Below are positions 20,483 through 30,628 of a DNA stretch of 64,000 nt, piece by piece. The stretch is from Promethearchaeota archaeon Loki_b32 (lineage in GTDB: Archaea; Asgardarchaeota; Lokiarchaeia; Sigyniarchaeales; SOKP01). Position 1 is the first letter of the stretch. Every line of letters starts with the position of its first letter. The stretch spans positions 1-64,000 of the forward strand of contig NJBH01000011.1 of the NCBI GenBank assembly GCA_005223125.1. Reading direction: 5' to 3'. A program made the position numbers and the translations under genes. The notes below the pieces were generated by a model. That model searched no databases. It saw only the letters and a list, made by a program, of their open reading frames with translations, and had not been told where the DNA came from.

Positions 20483-21334
20483 CTATTTAAGAAGTCTTAA
20501 TCTCTTTCTGAAATCTTCTCGTTCTTTTATTCCAACATTTATCAAGAGTACAAATTTATCTATCTCAATAGTCCAAGCATTATTAACTTCGTTAGGCTTT
20601 CGATTTTCCCAAATATCATCAATATTTTTAAGGTGATTAGATAAATCAGTTAGAATATCTTTTGAGATATTAAATTCCTCGTGAGAAGGATATAGCTCAT
20701 TTAAATTTTTCTCATTACAAAGGTTGATTAATATTTCAAGACTATCTATTACTTGTGCAAGATATTCTTTTGAAGGAAGAAGAACCATACCATAACGAGC
20801 AAGATCACCAGGGAAAAGTTCACCTTTATCTGTATATAAAGAAATAGATCCTGGAGAATGTCCTGCATTATGAATGATTTCAACATCGATACCACCTAAA
20901 CTAAAGACTTCTCCACCATTTAAGGGAGTTATTCTTTTCGCAGGAGGTAAGATCAAATTTATATCAGTGTAGCGATTTAAAATCGTATTTGGAGCATCTT
21001 TTAGGAAAGACAAATTAAGAGGTCTTGAAATTAGTCTGCGTTCTTTCTTATGAATAAAAATATTATCAAATTCGCCATTTGCTCCTATATGATCCCAATG
21101 AAAATGAGTATTAACTACATTTAATTTTTTTCCATTAAGTAATTTATCAATAACAGGTTTAAGTGGAAAAAGACCACAGCCCGTATCAATTAATAAGCAC
21201 TCATTATTTCCTATAATCAAGTATAAATTTGTATATATCGTGAAATAACGAGGATCAATCTCATCAAACTTTTCTCTAATTATAATTAAATGATCCTTTT
21301 GTTGAATTATTTCATAATAGTTTTCCGAATTCAT
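20483..21334 (-). CDS. MBL-fold metallo-hydrolase
   Basis: LIDTG, THFHWDHIG, GHSPGS and PSHE motifs. Confidence 0.9.
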   Translation of the reverse strand: MNSENYYEIIQQKDHLIIIREKFDEIDPRYFTIYTNLYLIIGNNECLLIDTGCGLFPLKPVIDKLLNGKKLNVVNTHFHWDHIGANGEFDNIFIHKKERRLISRPLNLSFLKDAPNTILNRYTDINLILPPAKRITPLNGGEVFSLGGIDVEIIHNAGHSPGSISLYTDKGELFPGDLARYGMVLLPSKEYLAQVIDSLEILINLCNEKNLNELYPSHEEFNISKDILTDLSNHLKNIDDIWENRKPNEVNNAWTIEIDKFVLLINVGIKEREDFRKRLRLLK

Positions 21335-21799
21335 ATTAATCTATTTTTTTTTATATTTATTTGATATATAAAGCTTATGAAATTAAAGAAATCATCAAAA
21401 AAGCTATTTCAAAAGACAAGATGTAATAAAATTTATTTTTCAGATTTTTCTCTATTTCAATTCTTTTCTAATTAAAATCTTAGAAACTGTATAAATTCGA
21501 ATTGCAATAAACAATTATTCTAAAACTAGAAATAAGTCTTTTAAAAAAAAGGGTGATATAAAACTCTTTATCTCTTTAACTAAATAATCAATTCTTCCTT
21601 CCTGTCCTTTTGTCATAATTATCCCTCAAGAAATGATAATCAAGCAGGTAATATAAAATTGTTTCGAATTTCTTCTAAAATAAATGAGTTCCAATTGAAA
21701 GGTTCCCTAAAATTGTAACTATAGCTTCTGGATGCATTGATTTAGCGGTTTGGCACCCCCTTAGGTAGGTTGATAAAAAAAAAAAAAAATTAATATATA

Positions 21800-21949
21800 T
21801 TATAATAGATTGAGTCCAAAAATACTTACGCCCCAAATCCATAAAGCAAATCCTTGAACAAAACAAAAAATCATTACAATAAAAGCAATTGGGGGCCAAG
21901 ACATGAACTCAGAAATCTTCTGGAGAGTACCTATATAAAATTTCGCTGT
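21800..21949 (-). pseudogene. Displaced 3' fragment (longer) of membrane-protein gene 23573..24256
   Basis: TAKFYIGTLQKISEFMSWPPIAF...GLNLL, differing mostly at synonymous sites; the 3' flank 21729..21800 is also shared with 23461..23573. Confidence 0.9.
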
Positions 21950-22157
21950 GTCGGTTTCGCCATTAGGGCTTATTAATGACACTAAAAACAAAACGATCTT
22001 CATGGTGGATGAAGAAGTATGGAATGCTGAGGAGATTTGTTGTCACCCAAATATTAATACAGAAACTCTCCAGATTCTACGTACTGACTTTCAAAAAATC
22101 ATTAAAGCAACCAAAAATCTAATAGAAGTTAAAAAATTACCATTTTTAGAAGAATAA
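21948..22157 (+). pseudogene. C-terminal fragment of a ProX/YbaK-type aminoacyl-tRNA editing protein
   Basis: SVSPLGLIND and CHPNINTETL motifs; the N-terminal half is missing. Confidence 0.75.
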
Positions 22158-22175
22158 GTAAAAAAATTGATATCA

Positions 22176-23300
22176 TTAGTCTGATGTCACGTAATTAACT
22201 TGCCTATCTTTTAAGTATTTAAGGATATATCTATAGTTTTCTTCCTCTACTCCAACATATTCTGGAGGAGATATTCCAACCCTATTAAATTTTCCATCTA
22301 ATACAAGATTTGCCACTGCTGAACAAGTATACCCTGTAGTGCGCGCCATTGATATTGTATCTGTTTCTTTATTGTATTCATCATAAAGATCGTAAATATA
22401 GGTCTTTTCTGCTTGGTTTTCTTGACCTTTAATTAGTATTCGCATGATAGTAAAATCTGCTTCACCGGGTTTTAATTTCCATTTTGGAAATAGTAATTTT
22501 GCAGTGACATCTATCGGTCTTATTTTTATCCCCTTTACATCAATTTTATCATACGAAAAGAATCCACTTTCCCGTAAAACTCGTAGATACTCAATGCATC
22601 CTGGATATCGTAGTGTTTTTTCAATCATATTTGGAATTTTCATAGTATCTATGAGTGATCTTAGTCCATCGGTGTTAAATGCTTCTAGTGTTCCCACTTC
22701 TTTGAAATGGATTAATTCAGGATCTGATAATGCTTCTTTAGTAATTGTGTGAGAATTTTCAACATATCTTGCGAGCCGAGTATATTCTTCAATAACATCA
22801 ATTGGGGAAAAAACTGATTTATATTCATACGGCCATTCACGTATAACTGGTAAACCACCAACATAACAGATGTATTTATCCACTACCATTCTTTCATTAT
22901 GGTAGCCGAGAATGATATTTCCCATACCGGGTGCAACACCACAATCCGTAACAGCGACAACACCATGTTCTTTTGCAATTTTATCAAGGTCTAAAGCATT
23001 TTCTGGGAAAAATGAAATATCAACAATGTTTTTTCCTGCTTCAATGACTGCCTTTACCATTGAATACCCCATAAATCCTGGAACTGCCCCAATAATAAGA
23101 TCGAAATCTTTTACGATTTCATGTATAACTTCTTTTTTTGAAAGGTCGGCTTTCAATGTGTCAATATTATTTCTTGTTTTTAAAATTTCCAATGATTCTG
23201 GGTTGATATCAACAGAAGTAACTCGGAAATTTTTACTTAGATCTATGGCAATAGCATTTCCTACTAAACCCGCTCCAAAAACAGCAATTTTTTTTTCCAT
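22176..23300 (-). CDS. Saccharopine dehydrogenase / lysine 6-dehydrogenase family
   Basis: GAGLVG, DCGVAPG, VGGLP, EAFNTDGLRSL, KTLRYPG and MARTTG motifs. Confidence 0.9.
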   Translation of the reverse strand: MEKKIAVFGAGLVGNAIAIDLSKNFRVTSVDINPESLEILKTRNNIDTLKADLSKKEVIHEIVKDFDLIIGAVPGFMGYSMVKAVIEAGKNIVDISFFPENALDLDKIAKEHGVVAVTDCGVAPGMGNIILGYHNERMVVDKYICYVGGLPVIREWPYEYKSVFSPIDVIEEYTRLARYVENSHTITKEALSDPELIHFKEVGTLEAFNTDGLRSLIDTMKIPNMIEKTLRYPGCIEYLRVLRESGFFSYDKIDVKGIKIRPIDVTAKLLFPKWKLKPGEADFTIMRILIKGQENQAEKTYIYDLYDEYNKETDTISMARTTGYTCSAVANLVLDGKFNRVGISPPEYVGVEEENYRYILKYLKDRQVNYVTSD

Positions 23301-23572
23301 AATATAAATTATTCAGAATCTGTAAATAATGTTTTATATATGGAGAGAAAATATTAAACATGGTCGATTCGATTGTAACCAGAACCTTGGGAGTAGATTT
23401 TATTTATTTTGACCTTATCTTTTTATCAATCTGGATATTTTTTCTCATTAGGAAGAGATACTGGATGCATTGATTTAGCGGCCTGGCATCCTCTTTCGGC
23501 ATCGGAGTAGACTTTTTCTATTATAGGAGCCACTTTAGGTATATTGATAAAAGAAAAAAAAATTAATATATA

Positions 23573-24256
23573 TTATAATAGATTGAGTCCAAAAATGCTT
23601 ACACCCCAAATCCATAACGCGAGACCCTGAACAAAACAGAAGATCATTATTACAAAAGCAATTGGAGGCCAGCTTAAGAATTTTGATATTTTTTGCAGTG
23701 TGCCAATATAAAATTTAGCTGTAAGTCCAACAACAACCGCCACTATAATAAATATTATCACAAGTATCCATTTTGGATTAATAAAATTCCCTATTTCTTG
23801 AACTGCCGTATCTGGAACGATCAATGTTATGATGATTGCTGTAGCAGTACTCGCTAGGAGTCCAATAATGCTAGATAACGGAAGATCTGAGATAGGTTTG
23901 AATGCCATTGTTATACCGATCACGATCAAGAATATACTTGTGAAATGATTGGCATGATTTTCAGTAACATCTCGATATTGAAAACTAGGAGGTATATCTA
24001 GAATTAATGACATAACACCACTCCAAATAACAAAAACTCCAAGAATCAGCCCTAGATATGACATACCACGTAAAAATTTAGTAACATTAAACTCCGCTTC
24101 CTCTTCTACTTTTCTTTTTTTAAATGATCCTCGTCGTTTTCTTTCAAAGCCTAACCATGTAATCGCCATCGCACCACTTAACACCATCATGATTGCTGCT
24201 GATTGAGCAACCCAATCAAAAAATCCTCTAATTACATCCCAATAATCGAATAGCAA
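23573..24256 (-). CDS. Multi-pass membrane protein of unknown function
   Basis: About 6 hydrophobic segments; TTG start after a GTGA SD. Confidence 0.8.
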   Translation of the reverse strand: MLFDYWDVIRGFFDWVAQSAAIMMVLSGAMAITWLGFERKRRGSFKKRKVEEEAEFNVTKFLRGMSYLGLILGVFVIWSGVMSLILDIPPSFQYRDVTENHANHFTSIFLIVIGITMAFKPISDLPLSSIIGLLASTATAIIITLIVPDTAVQEIGNFINPKWILVIIFIIVAVVVGLTAKFYIGTLQKISKFLSWPPIAFVIMIFCFVQGLALWIWGVSIFGLNLL

Positions 24257-24787
24257 TTAAATCACTTTTATGAAATTTATGAATTAAATAAATGTTAGAT
24301 TTTGTTTTTAAAAATTTACTGCAAATTTGGTTAAAATAATAGTGACAATATATTTATTTCCTTACTTGTTTTTTTATCTAAAAAACATAATAAAATTCAC
24401 TAACTATGTCAGAATGGAAAAATAAGTTAGATAACGATACTAATGATACTTATTACAATAAAATCTCTTGTACCGGTTGAGGTATTATTGATGGTGTTAT
24501 TAACAGTATAAGAAATCTTAAAAAACGCAATAAAAAAAACAAACAAACAAAAATTAAATCCAAGAATCTCAAGGAGTAGATTATTAAATCTTAGGATCTC
24601 CTCTTATGAATTCCGTGAAGAATTCGAGATTAACATAAAAATTTCTAATTTTATTAGGGATTAAGAATTAACTCAAAAATCCTTATAAAAAATTAAATCT
24701 CACAATCTACATTTTATATTTTATAATCGCCGCTCTTTTATCTTTTCCTTGCTATACTACAAATAGATAGTTAAAGGTTAAATAACA

Positions 24788-24946
24788 ATGGAAGAACAGG
24801 AAGATTATTTAGATCTTGAATTTGATGATGATTGCTACAGTACAACTTGAAACATGCTTAGTATGTGGTATAAAAGAGCTAAAAAACTCCGAAAAATACG
24901 TGAAGCACAAGAAAAAAAAATGAAAATAAAACTCTCAAATAATTAA
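24788..24946 (+). other. Small ORF with an in-frame TGA at codon 21 (pseudogene or readthrough candidate)
   Basis: MEEQEDYLDLEFDDDCYSTT*NMLSMWYKRAKKLRKIREAQEKKMKIKLSNN; protein-like on both sides of the TGA. Confidence 0.4.
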
Positions 24947-25021
24947 ATCATTAAATGGTAGGATTTAATTATAAGTTCCGCAAGAACTTTGAGATACGAA
25001 AAATTTTATTCTTTATATTTT

Positions 25022-26383
25022 TTAAGGTTTTCCAGGACCCTCTCCAACTTTGCGATAAATAAATCCTTTTTCTTCAACCAGCTTTTTATCAAAAATATTT
25101 CTACCATCAATAATGATTGGTGTTCTAACTTTTTTTCTTAGATCATCAAGATCAATATTGTAATATTCTTTATGATTTGTGGCAAAAATGAGAACGTCTG
25201 CATCAGAGATAGCTTCATTAAAATCACTTGTTAATGAAGTAAGTTTATAATCTCTTTCATTTACATAGGGATCGTGAGCTATGTAGATAATATTATGAGA
25301 ATGATATCGCCCTTGTAATATTTTTATAATATTTTCTGTAGGTGTGTTGCGTGTGTCATCAGTATCTGCTTTATATGAGACACCTAAAAGAACTATTTTT
25401 ATATTGTCAACTAATTTATGGGCTTCTATAAATACATCTTCCATTAATTCAACCATATGATTTGGCATATAGTCATTTAAATTTCGTGAATTTTGGATGA
25501 GTTTAATTTTCTCTTTATTTTTCTTATTTGTATATTTTTCAAAACCATGTAAAAGTAACCATGGATCTTTCGTGAGACAATGACCACCTACGCCGCTACC
25601 AGGGTAATGCATCATTCTATCGTGCCTTTGGTTAATCAACTCAATAATTTCATAGATATTTCTGTTAAAATCCTCGCAAAGTAAAGCCATTTCGTTAGCA
25701 AATGCTATATTGACATCTCTATAAGCATTTTCAATACATTTTGTTAATTCTGCTGTGAGAGTATCCGTCACTTGAATTTCTTTTTTAACAACCTTTTCAT
25801 ATAAGAATTTTGCTCTATTATTTGCTTCTATACAACCCCCTCCAATTACTCTGGGAAAATCAATAATGTATTCTAATAATTTACCTGGCATGACACGCTC
25901 AAAAGAAAAGACAAGATAAAATTCTTGGCATCTTTTAAATCCACTTCCTTCTTCTAAAATCCCTTTTACGACGTTTTCAGTCGTACCAGGAGCAACTGTT
26001 GATTCAAGAATGATTGTTACTCCCTTTTTTAAATGTTTTGAGATCTTTTGAGAAACTTCGAGCAATGATGCATATCTAGGGATATTATCATCATCTACGG
26101 GGGTCTGAACATCAATTAAAATAAAATCTGCTGCATCGACAACATCATAGTTATCAGTGACTTTGAATTTTCCATTTTTAACAACTCTCGTTATTAACTC
26201 GCCTAAACCAGGCTCCTCTCCTTCGAAAGGATTTTTCCCCTGATTAAGCCAATCAATTTTCCACCCCGATCTTTGGGATCGTCGCTGAATTCCGGTTACA
26301 TAAAAATCATCAACATCAGCAAGTAATGCAGCCATGGGAATACCAACATAACCCATTCCAATAACAACAATATTAGTAGGCAT
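25022..26383 (-). CDS. Nucleotide-sugar dehydrogenase (UDP-ManNAc/GlcNAc dehydrogenase, WecC-like)
   Basis: GMGYVG, ESTVAPGTT, ENAYRDVNIAFANE, GVGGHC and DTRNTP motifs. Confidence 0.92.
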   Translation of the reverse strand: MPTNIVVIGMGYVGIPMAALLADVDDFYVTGIQRRSQRSGWKIDWLNQGKNPFEGEEPGLGELITRVVKNGKFKVTDNYDVVDAADFILIDVQTPVDDDNIPRYASLLEVSQKISKHLKKGVTIILESTVAPGTTENVVKGILEEGSGFKRCQEFYLVFSFERVMPGKLLEYIIDFPRVIGGGCIEANNRAKFLYEKVVKKEIQVTDTLTAELTKCIENAYRDVNIAFANEMALLCEDFNRNIYEIIELINQRHDRMMHYPGSGVGGHCLTKDPWLLLHGFEKYTNKKNKEKIKLIQNSRNLNDYMPNHMVELMEDVFIEAHKLVDNIKIVLLGVSYKADTDDTRNTPTENIIKILQGRYHSHNIIYIAHDPYVNERDYKLTSLTSDFNEAISDADVLIFATNHKEYYNIDLDDLRKKVRTPIIIDGRNIFDKKLVEEKGFIYRKVGEGPGKP

Positions 26384-26632
26384 TTTCAGTCTAACGTTTT
26401 TAGATTTAGTATTTAAACTGTTAAGTTTAAAAATAACTCATTATTGAAAAAATTTTATAAAAAAAGAAGAGATAAAAATTGAAAATATTATTTCGGTTTC
26501 TTCTTATAAGATGTACCTTTTACGGCTTTAAATATACTAGCTATTATTGCTAATTTGAAATTAAATTAATATAAACCATAAAAAAGATAATAAAATTTTT
26601 GAAATTTTGGTGAAATATTGAGTTTCCTAATT

Positions 26633-27019
26633 TTAACGTTTTAGAATTTCTTTTATTCTGCCTAAGAGTTCTTTACCTGAGAATGGTTTCGTAATGTAGG
26701 CATCAGCGCCTAATTTTTTTCCCTTTTGAACATCTTCATTAAAACTTTTTACAGTAAATAAAACAACAAGAATATCCTTAAACTTTTCATTGTTTTTAAC
26801 CTCTTCAAGAACAGTGTAGCCACTTCGGCCCGGCATCATAATGTCAAGTAGTATAAGAGCAATTTTATCGTAATTTTCTTCCACCATTTTCATGGCTTCT
26901 TTCGCATTGCTACTTGTGATTGTATCAAAATCACCCAATTTCAAAAATTTTTCTGTAAGATTGACGATATCAGGCTCATCGTCAACTATGAGAATTGTAT
27001 TTTTCATTTTAGCAGACAT
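26633..27019 (-). CDS. Stand-alone response regulator receiver
   Basis: VDDE, LDIMMP and YITKPF motifs. Confidence 0.93.
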   Translation of the reverse strand: MSAKMKNTILIVDDEPDIVNLTEKFLKLGDFDTITSSNAKEAMKMVEENYDKIALILLDIMMPGRSGYTVLEEVKNNEKFKDILVVLFTVKSFNEDVQKGKKLGADAYITKPFSGKELLGRIKEILKR

Positions 27020-27136
27020 AACAAATCCTAACCATTCAATTTTTTGTCTTGATTTGTGTGTAACAATTTTTATCTATAGTATATTGAATTTAGTCAGTTA
27101 TTTAAATGAGCTTATTTTTTACATTTGTGATCATCA

Positions 27137-27796
27137 TTGGTAAGAAAAAATCGACTTCCTAAATTCCCAGAGGATTATTTAAATGATAAGGTAGAAGAAT
27201 ATGATAGTTCGAAATGGATGGAGCGAAATCAAAAGAGATCTACCTTATATAGTTTACAATACCTTATAGACAAGAAATTAAATGATAGGGAAGATAGTGG
27301 GATTGAAATGGGTGTGTCACCCTTAATTTTAGATTTAGGATGTGGTTCAGGATTTTCATCGGTAATTTTAATTGAAAATGGTTTTAGAGTAATTGGTATA
27401 GATATTCTTATTGATATGTTATCAAAAGCAAGGGAAAAGAAAAGGATTTTTAAGGAGTATAAAGCTTTAGAACTTATATTAGCTGATATTAATAATCTAC
27501 CAATTAGGGTCAATTCAATTGATCACATAATTTCAATATCATCATATAATTTTATAATACATGGGATGGAAAATTTTGGTGAAAAAGTAAAGCTCATAAA
27601 TGACACAGCAAGATATTTGCATAAAACTCTGAAAAATAATGGTAGAATTATAATTGAGTTTTATCCTAAAGATGAGATGGAATTAAAAATGTTTAACAAA
27701 TCGTTTATTAATAATGGATTTAGTGGATTTATGGTAAAACAAAATCCAAAACAGAAATCAGGTCAAACATATTTATTATTGAAGAAAAAATCGTAA
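27137..27796 (+). CDS. Class I SAM methyltransferase resembling Bud23/WBSCR22
   Basis: PEDY...EY, LDLGCGSGFS, ISISS, EFYPKD and GFSG...P...YLLL motifs. Confidence 0.75.
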   Translation: MVRKNRLPKFPEDYLNDKVEEYDSSKWMERNQKRSTLYSLQYLIDKKLNDREDSGIEMGVSPLILDLGCGSGFSSVILIENGFRVIGIDILIDMLSKAREKKRIFKEYKALELILADINNLPIRVNSIDHIISISSYNFIIHGMENFGEKVKLINDTARYLHKTLKNNGRIIIEFYPKDEMELKMFNKSFINNGFSGFMVKQNPKQKSGQTYLLLKKKS

Positions 27797-27798
27797 TT

Positions 27799-28944
27799 AT
27801 GGGAACATGTAAGTTTTGTGGGAAAACAGAACAAGATATCTCTGAGGTTCTACAAGTATGTAGAAATTGTATTTTAGCAGGAGATTGGGACAATAAAATT
27901 AAACCCCATATATTAAATGTTCATAAACAAGTTCGTCAGCTTGTAGAATTACCAGAGAAACCTCCTAAAGCAGAAAGACCAAATATTAAACTGAAATGTA
28001 ATTTGTGCCTAAATGAGTGTTCTTTATCAGAAAATGACATTAGTTATTGTGGTTTGAGAAATATTCCCCTTAGAAACTCGGGGCAATTACCTTATCCCTC
28101 AAAATCGAAAGGTTATATTCATGGGTATATAGATTCAAATCCTACTAATTGCTGTAATAGTTGGTTTTGTCCCGCGGGGACTTCGTCTGGCTATCCAGAA
28201 TATTCGAATTATGAAGGCCCTGAATTTGGCACATACAGTTATGCTGCGTTCTTGTATGGATGTTCGTACAATTGTTTAAGCTGTCAAAACTCGTCTCATA
28301 AGCTTTTTTCAAAAAGGCATTTATTTGATGTTGAAACGTTAGTTAATCAAATAGTTAAAAATAAGAAAATCACGTGTTTATGTTATTTCGGTGGTACTCC
28401 AGAAGTCCAACTACCATTTTCAATTAATTTAGCTGAGAGAATTCTTGAAAAAATTAAGGATGAGAATAAATCACGAAAGTTTAGGATATGCTATGAAATG
28501 AACGGAACGGGCAATAAAGATCTAATGGAGAAATGTATACAAGTGGTTATAAAATCAGGTGGTAATATTAAATTTGATTTAAAAAGTTTCAATGAGAAAT
28601 TAAATTTAGCAATGTGTGGTGTCAGTAATAGTAGAACACTTGAAAATTTCAAATCTCTAGCAGAAAATTATTTTGATACGCGGGGAAAAGACATGCCAGA
28701 ATTAAGTGGTTGTACATTAATGGTTCCAGGTTATGTCAACCATGAGGAAGTAGAGTTAATAGCAAGATTTATTAGTGAGATAGATCCTGAGATTCCCTAT
28801 AGCCTTTTAGTGTTTCATGGTGATTATCAAATGAGGGATTTACCTATTACTCCTCGAAAACAAGCTTTAAAATGCTTGAATATTGCCCAAAAATATTTAA
28901 AGAGAGTTAATCTGGGAAATAAATTCTTATTAGGTTTTTCTTGA
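27799..28944 (+). CDS. Radical SAM protein (PflA/AmmeMemoRadiSam-like)
   Basis: CSYNCLSC motif, N-terminal Cys clusters, GGTP and FDLK motifs. Confidence 0.88.
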   Translation: MGTCKFCGKTEQDISEVLQVCRNCILAGDWDNKIKPHILNVHKQVRQLVELPEKPPKAERPNIKLKCNLCLNECSLSENDISYCGLRNIPLRNSGQLPYPSKSKGYIHGYIDSNPTNCCNSWFCPAGTSSGYPEYSNYEGPEFGTYSYAAFLYGCSYNCLSCQNSSHKLFSKRHLFDVETLVNQIVKNKKITCLCYFGGTPEVQLPFSINLAERILEKIKDENKSRKFRICYEMNGTGNKDLMEKCIQVVIKSGGNIKFDLKSFNEKLNLAMCGVSNSRTLENFKSLAENYFDTRGKDMPELSGCTLMVPGYVNHEEVELIARFISEIDPEIPYSLLVFHGDYQMRDLPITPRKQALKCLNIAQKYLKRVNLGNKFLLGFS

Positions 28945-29360
28945 AATTGTTATGAATACAGAAAACATTTACCAAAAGAATATAATCGATTAAAATGTAA
29001 ATAAAAAAAAAGGAATCGAATTATTTGGATAAAACTAGTTATGCCATAGTTAACAACGATTGATTTTTTACCAAATGTCTAATAATGTCTTCAGAAATCT
29101 GTTCTACATTTGGAATAGAGACATTATCTAATCGTTGTCTCAAAGTTGTATTGAAAATTTTATAAAAAAAATAATATTTTACATATTTAAAGTTAAGTTT
29201 ATGCAAAAAAAATTATAATACTTTAGGGCTCATCCTCAAATGAGTCATTGAAGATTAGATAAAAAAATTTATTTAATAGGAAATATTATCGATATCACAA
29301 TATTGAAAAGAATTTTTGATTATAACGTAATTTTATCCTAAATTTTGTGGTGAGTAAAAA

Positions 29361-29666
29361 ATACAAAAAGCACGCATACGGTTGTCATCGACCCAATTAG
29401 ACGCATTACAATCAGTATGCGATTCTGTTATTCACATTTGTTCTACTCAAGGGATTCGGAAAAACGGACCTATTCCTCTTCCTACGAAACGCCTTAAAGT
29501 TCCTGTATTAAAAGCTCCTTCTGGTCAAGGTACTGCTACCTGGGCTAAATTCGAGATGCGTATTCATAAACGGTTATTTGAAATAATAGCGAACGAAAGA
29601 AGCATGCATCTCATCATGAAAATTCAGATTCCTGAATCAGTACTCGTAGAGATTGAGTTAATGTAA
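29361..29666 (+). CDS. rps10: 30S ribosomal protein uS10 (archaeal type); probable ATA start
   Basis: (M)QKARIRLSST...GPIPLPTKRL...EMRIHKRL; the ATA at 29361 follows GGTGA. Confidence 0.95.
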   Translation: MQKARIRLSSTQLDALQSVCDSVIHICSTQGIRKNGPIPLPTKRLKVPVLKAPSGQGTATWAKFEMRIHKRLFEIIANERSMHLIMKIQIPESVLVEIELM

Positions 29667-29683
29667 TTATAACACTTATTAGT

Positions 29684-30445
29684 TTATAACTCATCTAATT
29701 TAATTTGGATTGACTCATTAGTTAGTTTTGCTTTTTTATCAATCTCAATATTATCAACATAATAAACAGTTCCAAGAATTTCAGATCCTTGACCAATTGT
29801 TACAACCTTACCTTTAATATCTCCTTCTACATGAGTTTTGATGATATCTACATTATTTTTAGCGAGTATACTTCCATGAATTTTGTAATGCTGTTTTTTT
29901 ATTTTTTCTCTTGAAACTCCAAAAAGAACATCCTCAGCTACGACATTCCCTTCAATATAAGTCGATCCATCAATAGTAATATTTTTCTCAGAAGATAGAT
30001 TCCCATTTATTTCTGAAGAACCACTTAATTTAATTCCTTGTTCTCCCCTAACAAAATGTCCTGCTTTAAAACTTCCCGAAGCTATTAAAGATCCTTGGAT
30101 ATTAATAACATTACCTATTTCTGCTGAACCAGAGAAATCGGCATCCTCCTCTCCAGTAAGAAATCCAGCAATATTAAATGAACCCGAACTACTAATATCC
30201 CCATGTACTGTTATATTCCCAGACCCTTTTATGACTCCCGATGAAGTAAGTCCATTACATTCTAAATCCCCATTAATTATTCCTGAGCCTGAAATTCGTA
30301 GAGATTTATTAACTTTTCCTCCTGAGATTTTAGTAGATCCAGAAGCACTAACATGTTCTTCGAATTCTTTTAAATCACCAGAGCTACTTATCACGGCTCT
30401 TTTCTCATTTTGCTTATTGGAATTATCCTCATTTTTCTTAATCAT
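29684..30445 (-). CDS. Polymer-forming cytoskeletal (bactofilin-like) beta-helix protein
   Basis: Repeated ISGSG.I.G.L / IDGS..IEGNV.A beta-helix rungs. Confidence 0.75.
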   Translation of the reverse strand: MIKKNEDNSNKQNEKRAVISSSGDLKEFEEHVSASGSTKISGGKVNKSLRISGSGIINGDLECNGLTSSGVIKGSGNITVHGDISSSGSFNIAGFLTGEEDADFSGSAEIGNVINIQGSLIASGSFKAGHFVRGEQGIKLSGSSEINGNLSSEKNITIDGSTYIEGNVVAEDVLFGVSREKIKKQHYKIHGSILAKNNVDIIKTHVEGDIKGKVVTIGQGSEILGTVYYVDNIEIDKKAKLTNESIQIKLDEL

Positions 30446-30628
30446 ATTAATTCGCTTGGAAAAAGTATTTACTATTAAATAACCGCAAATTTAATAAAAC
30501 TTTTTCTTTTTTACTGAACTTTTAGAAAATATCCTTTAAGTAATTACTCAGATTTAAATCAATAAATTGATATAATTTTACTAAATAACAGTATTTTTGC
30601 TTTAAAAACGTTTTACAAGTGAATTAAA

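Noticed and set aside
21800-22003. 67-aa ORF as a real gene
   Set aside because: Chimera of antisense ProX sequence and the displaced membrane-gene 3' fragment
19957-23725. Triplicated 3' gene end as a DGR TR/VR pair
   Set aside because: Differences are mainly synonymous third-position changes rather than adenine-specific, and there is no RT
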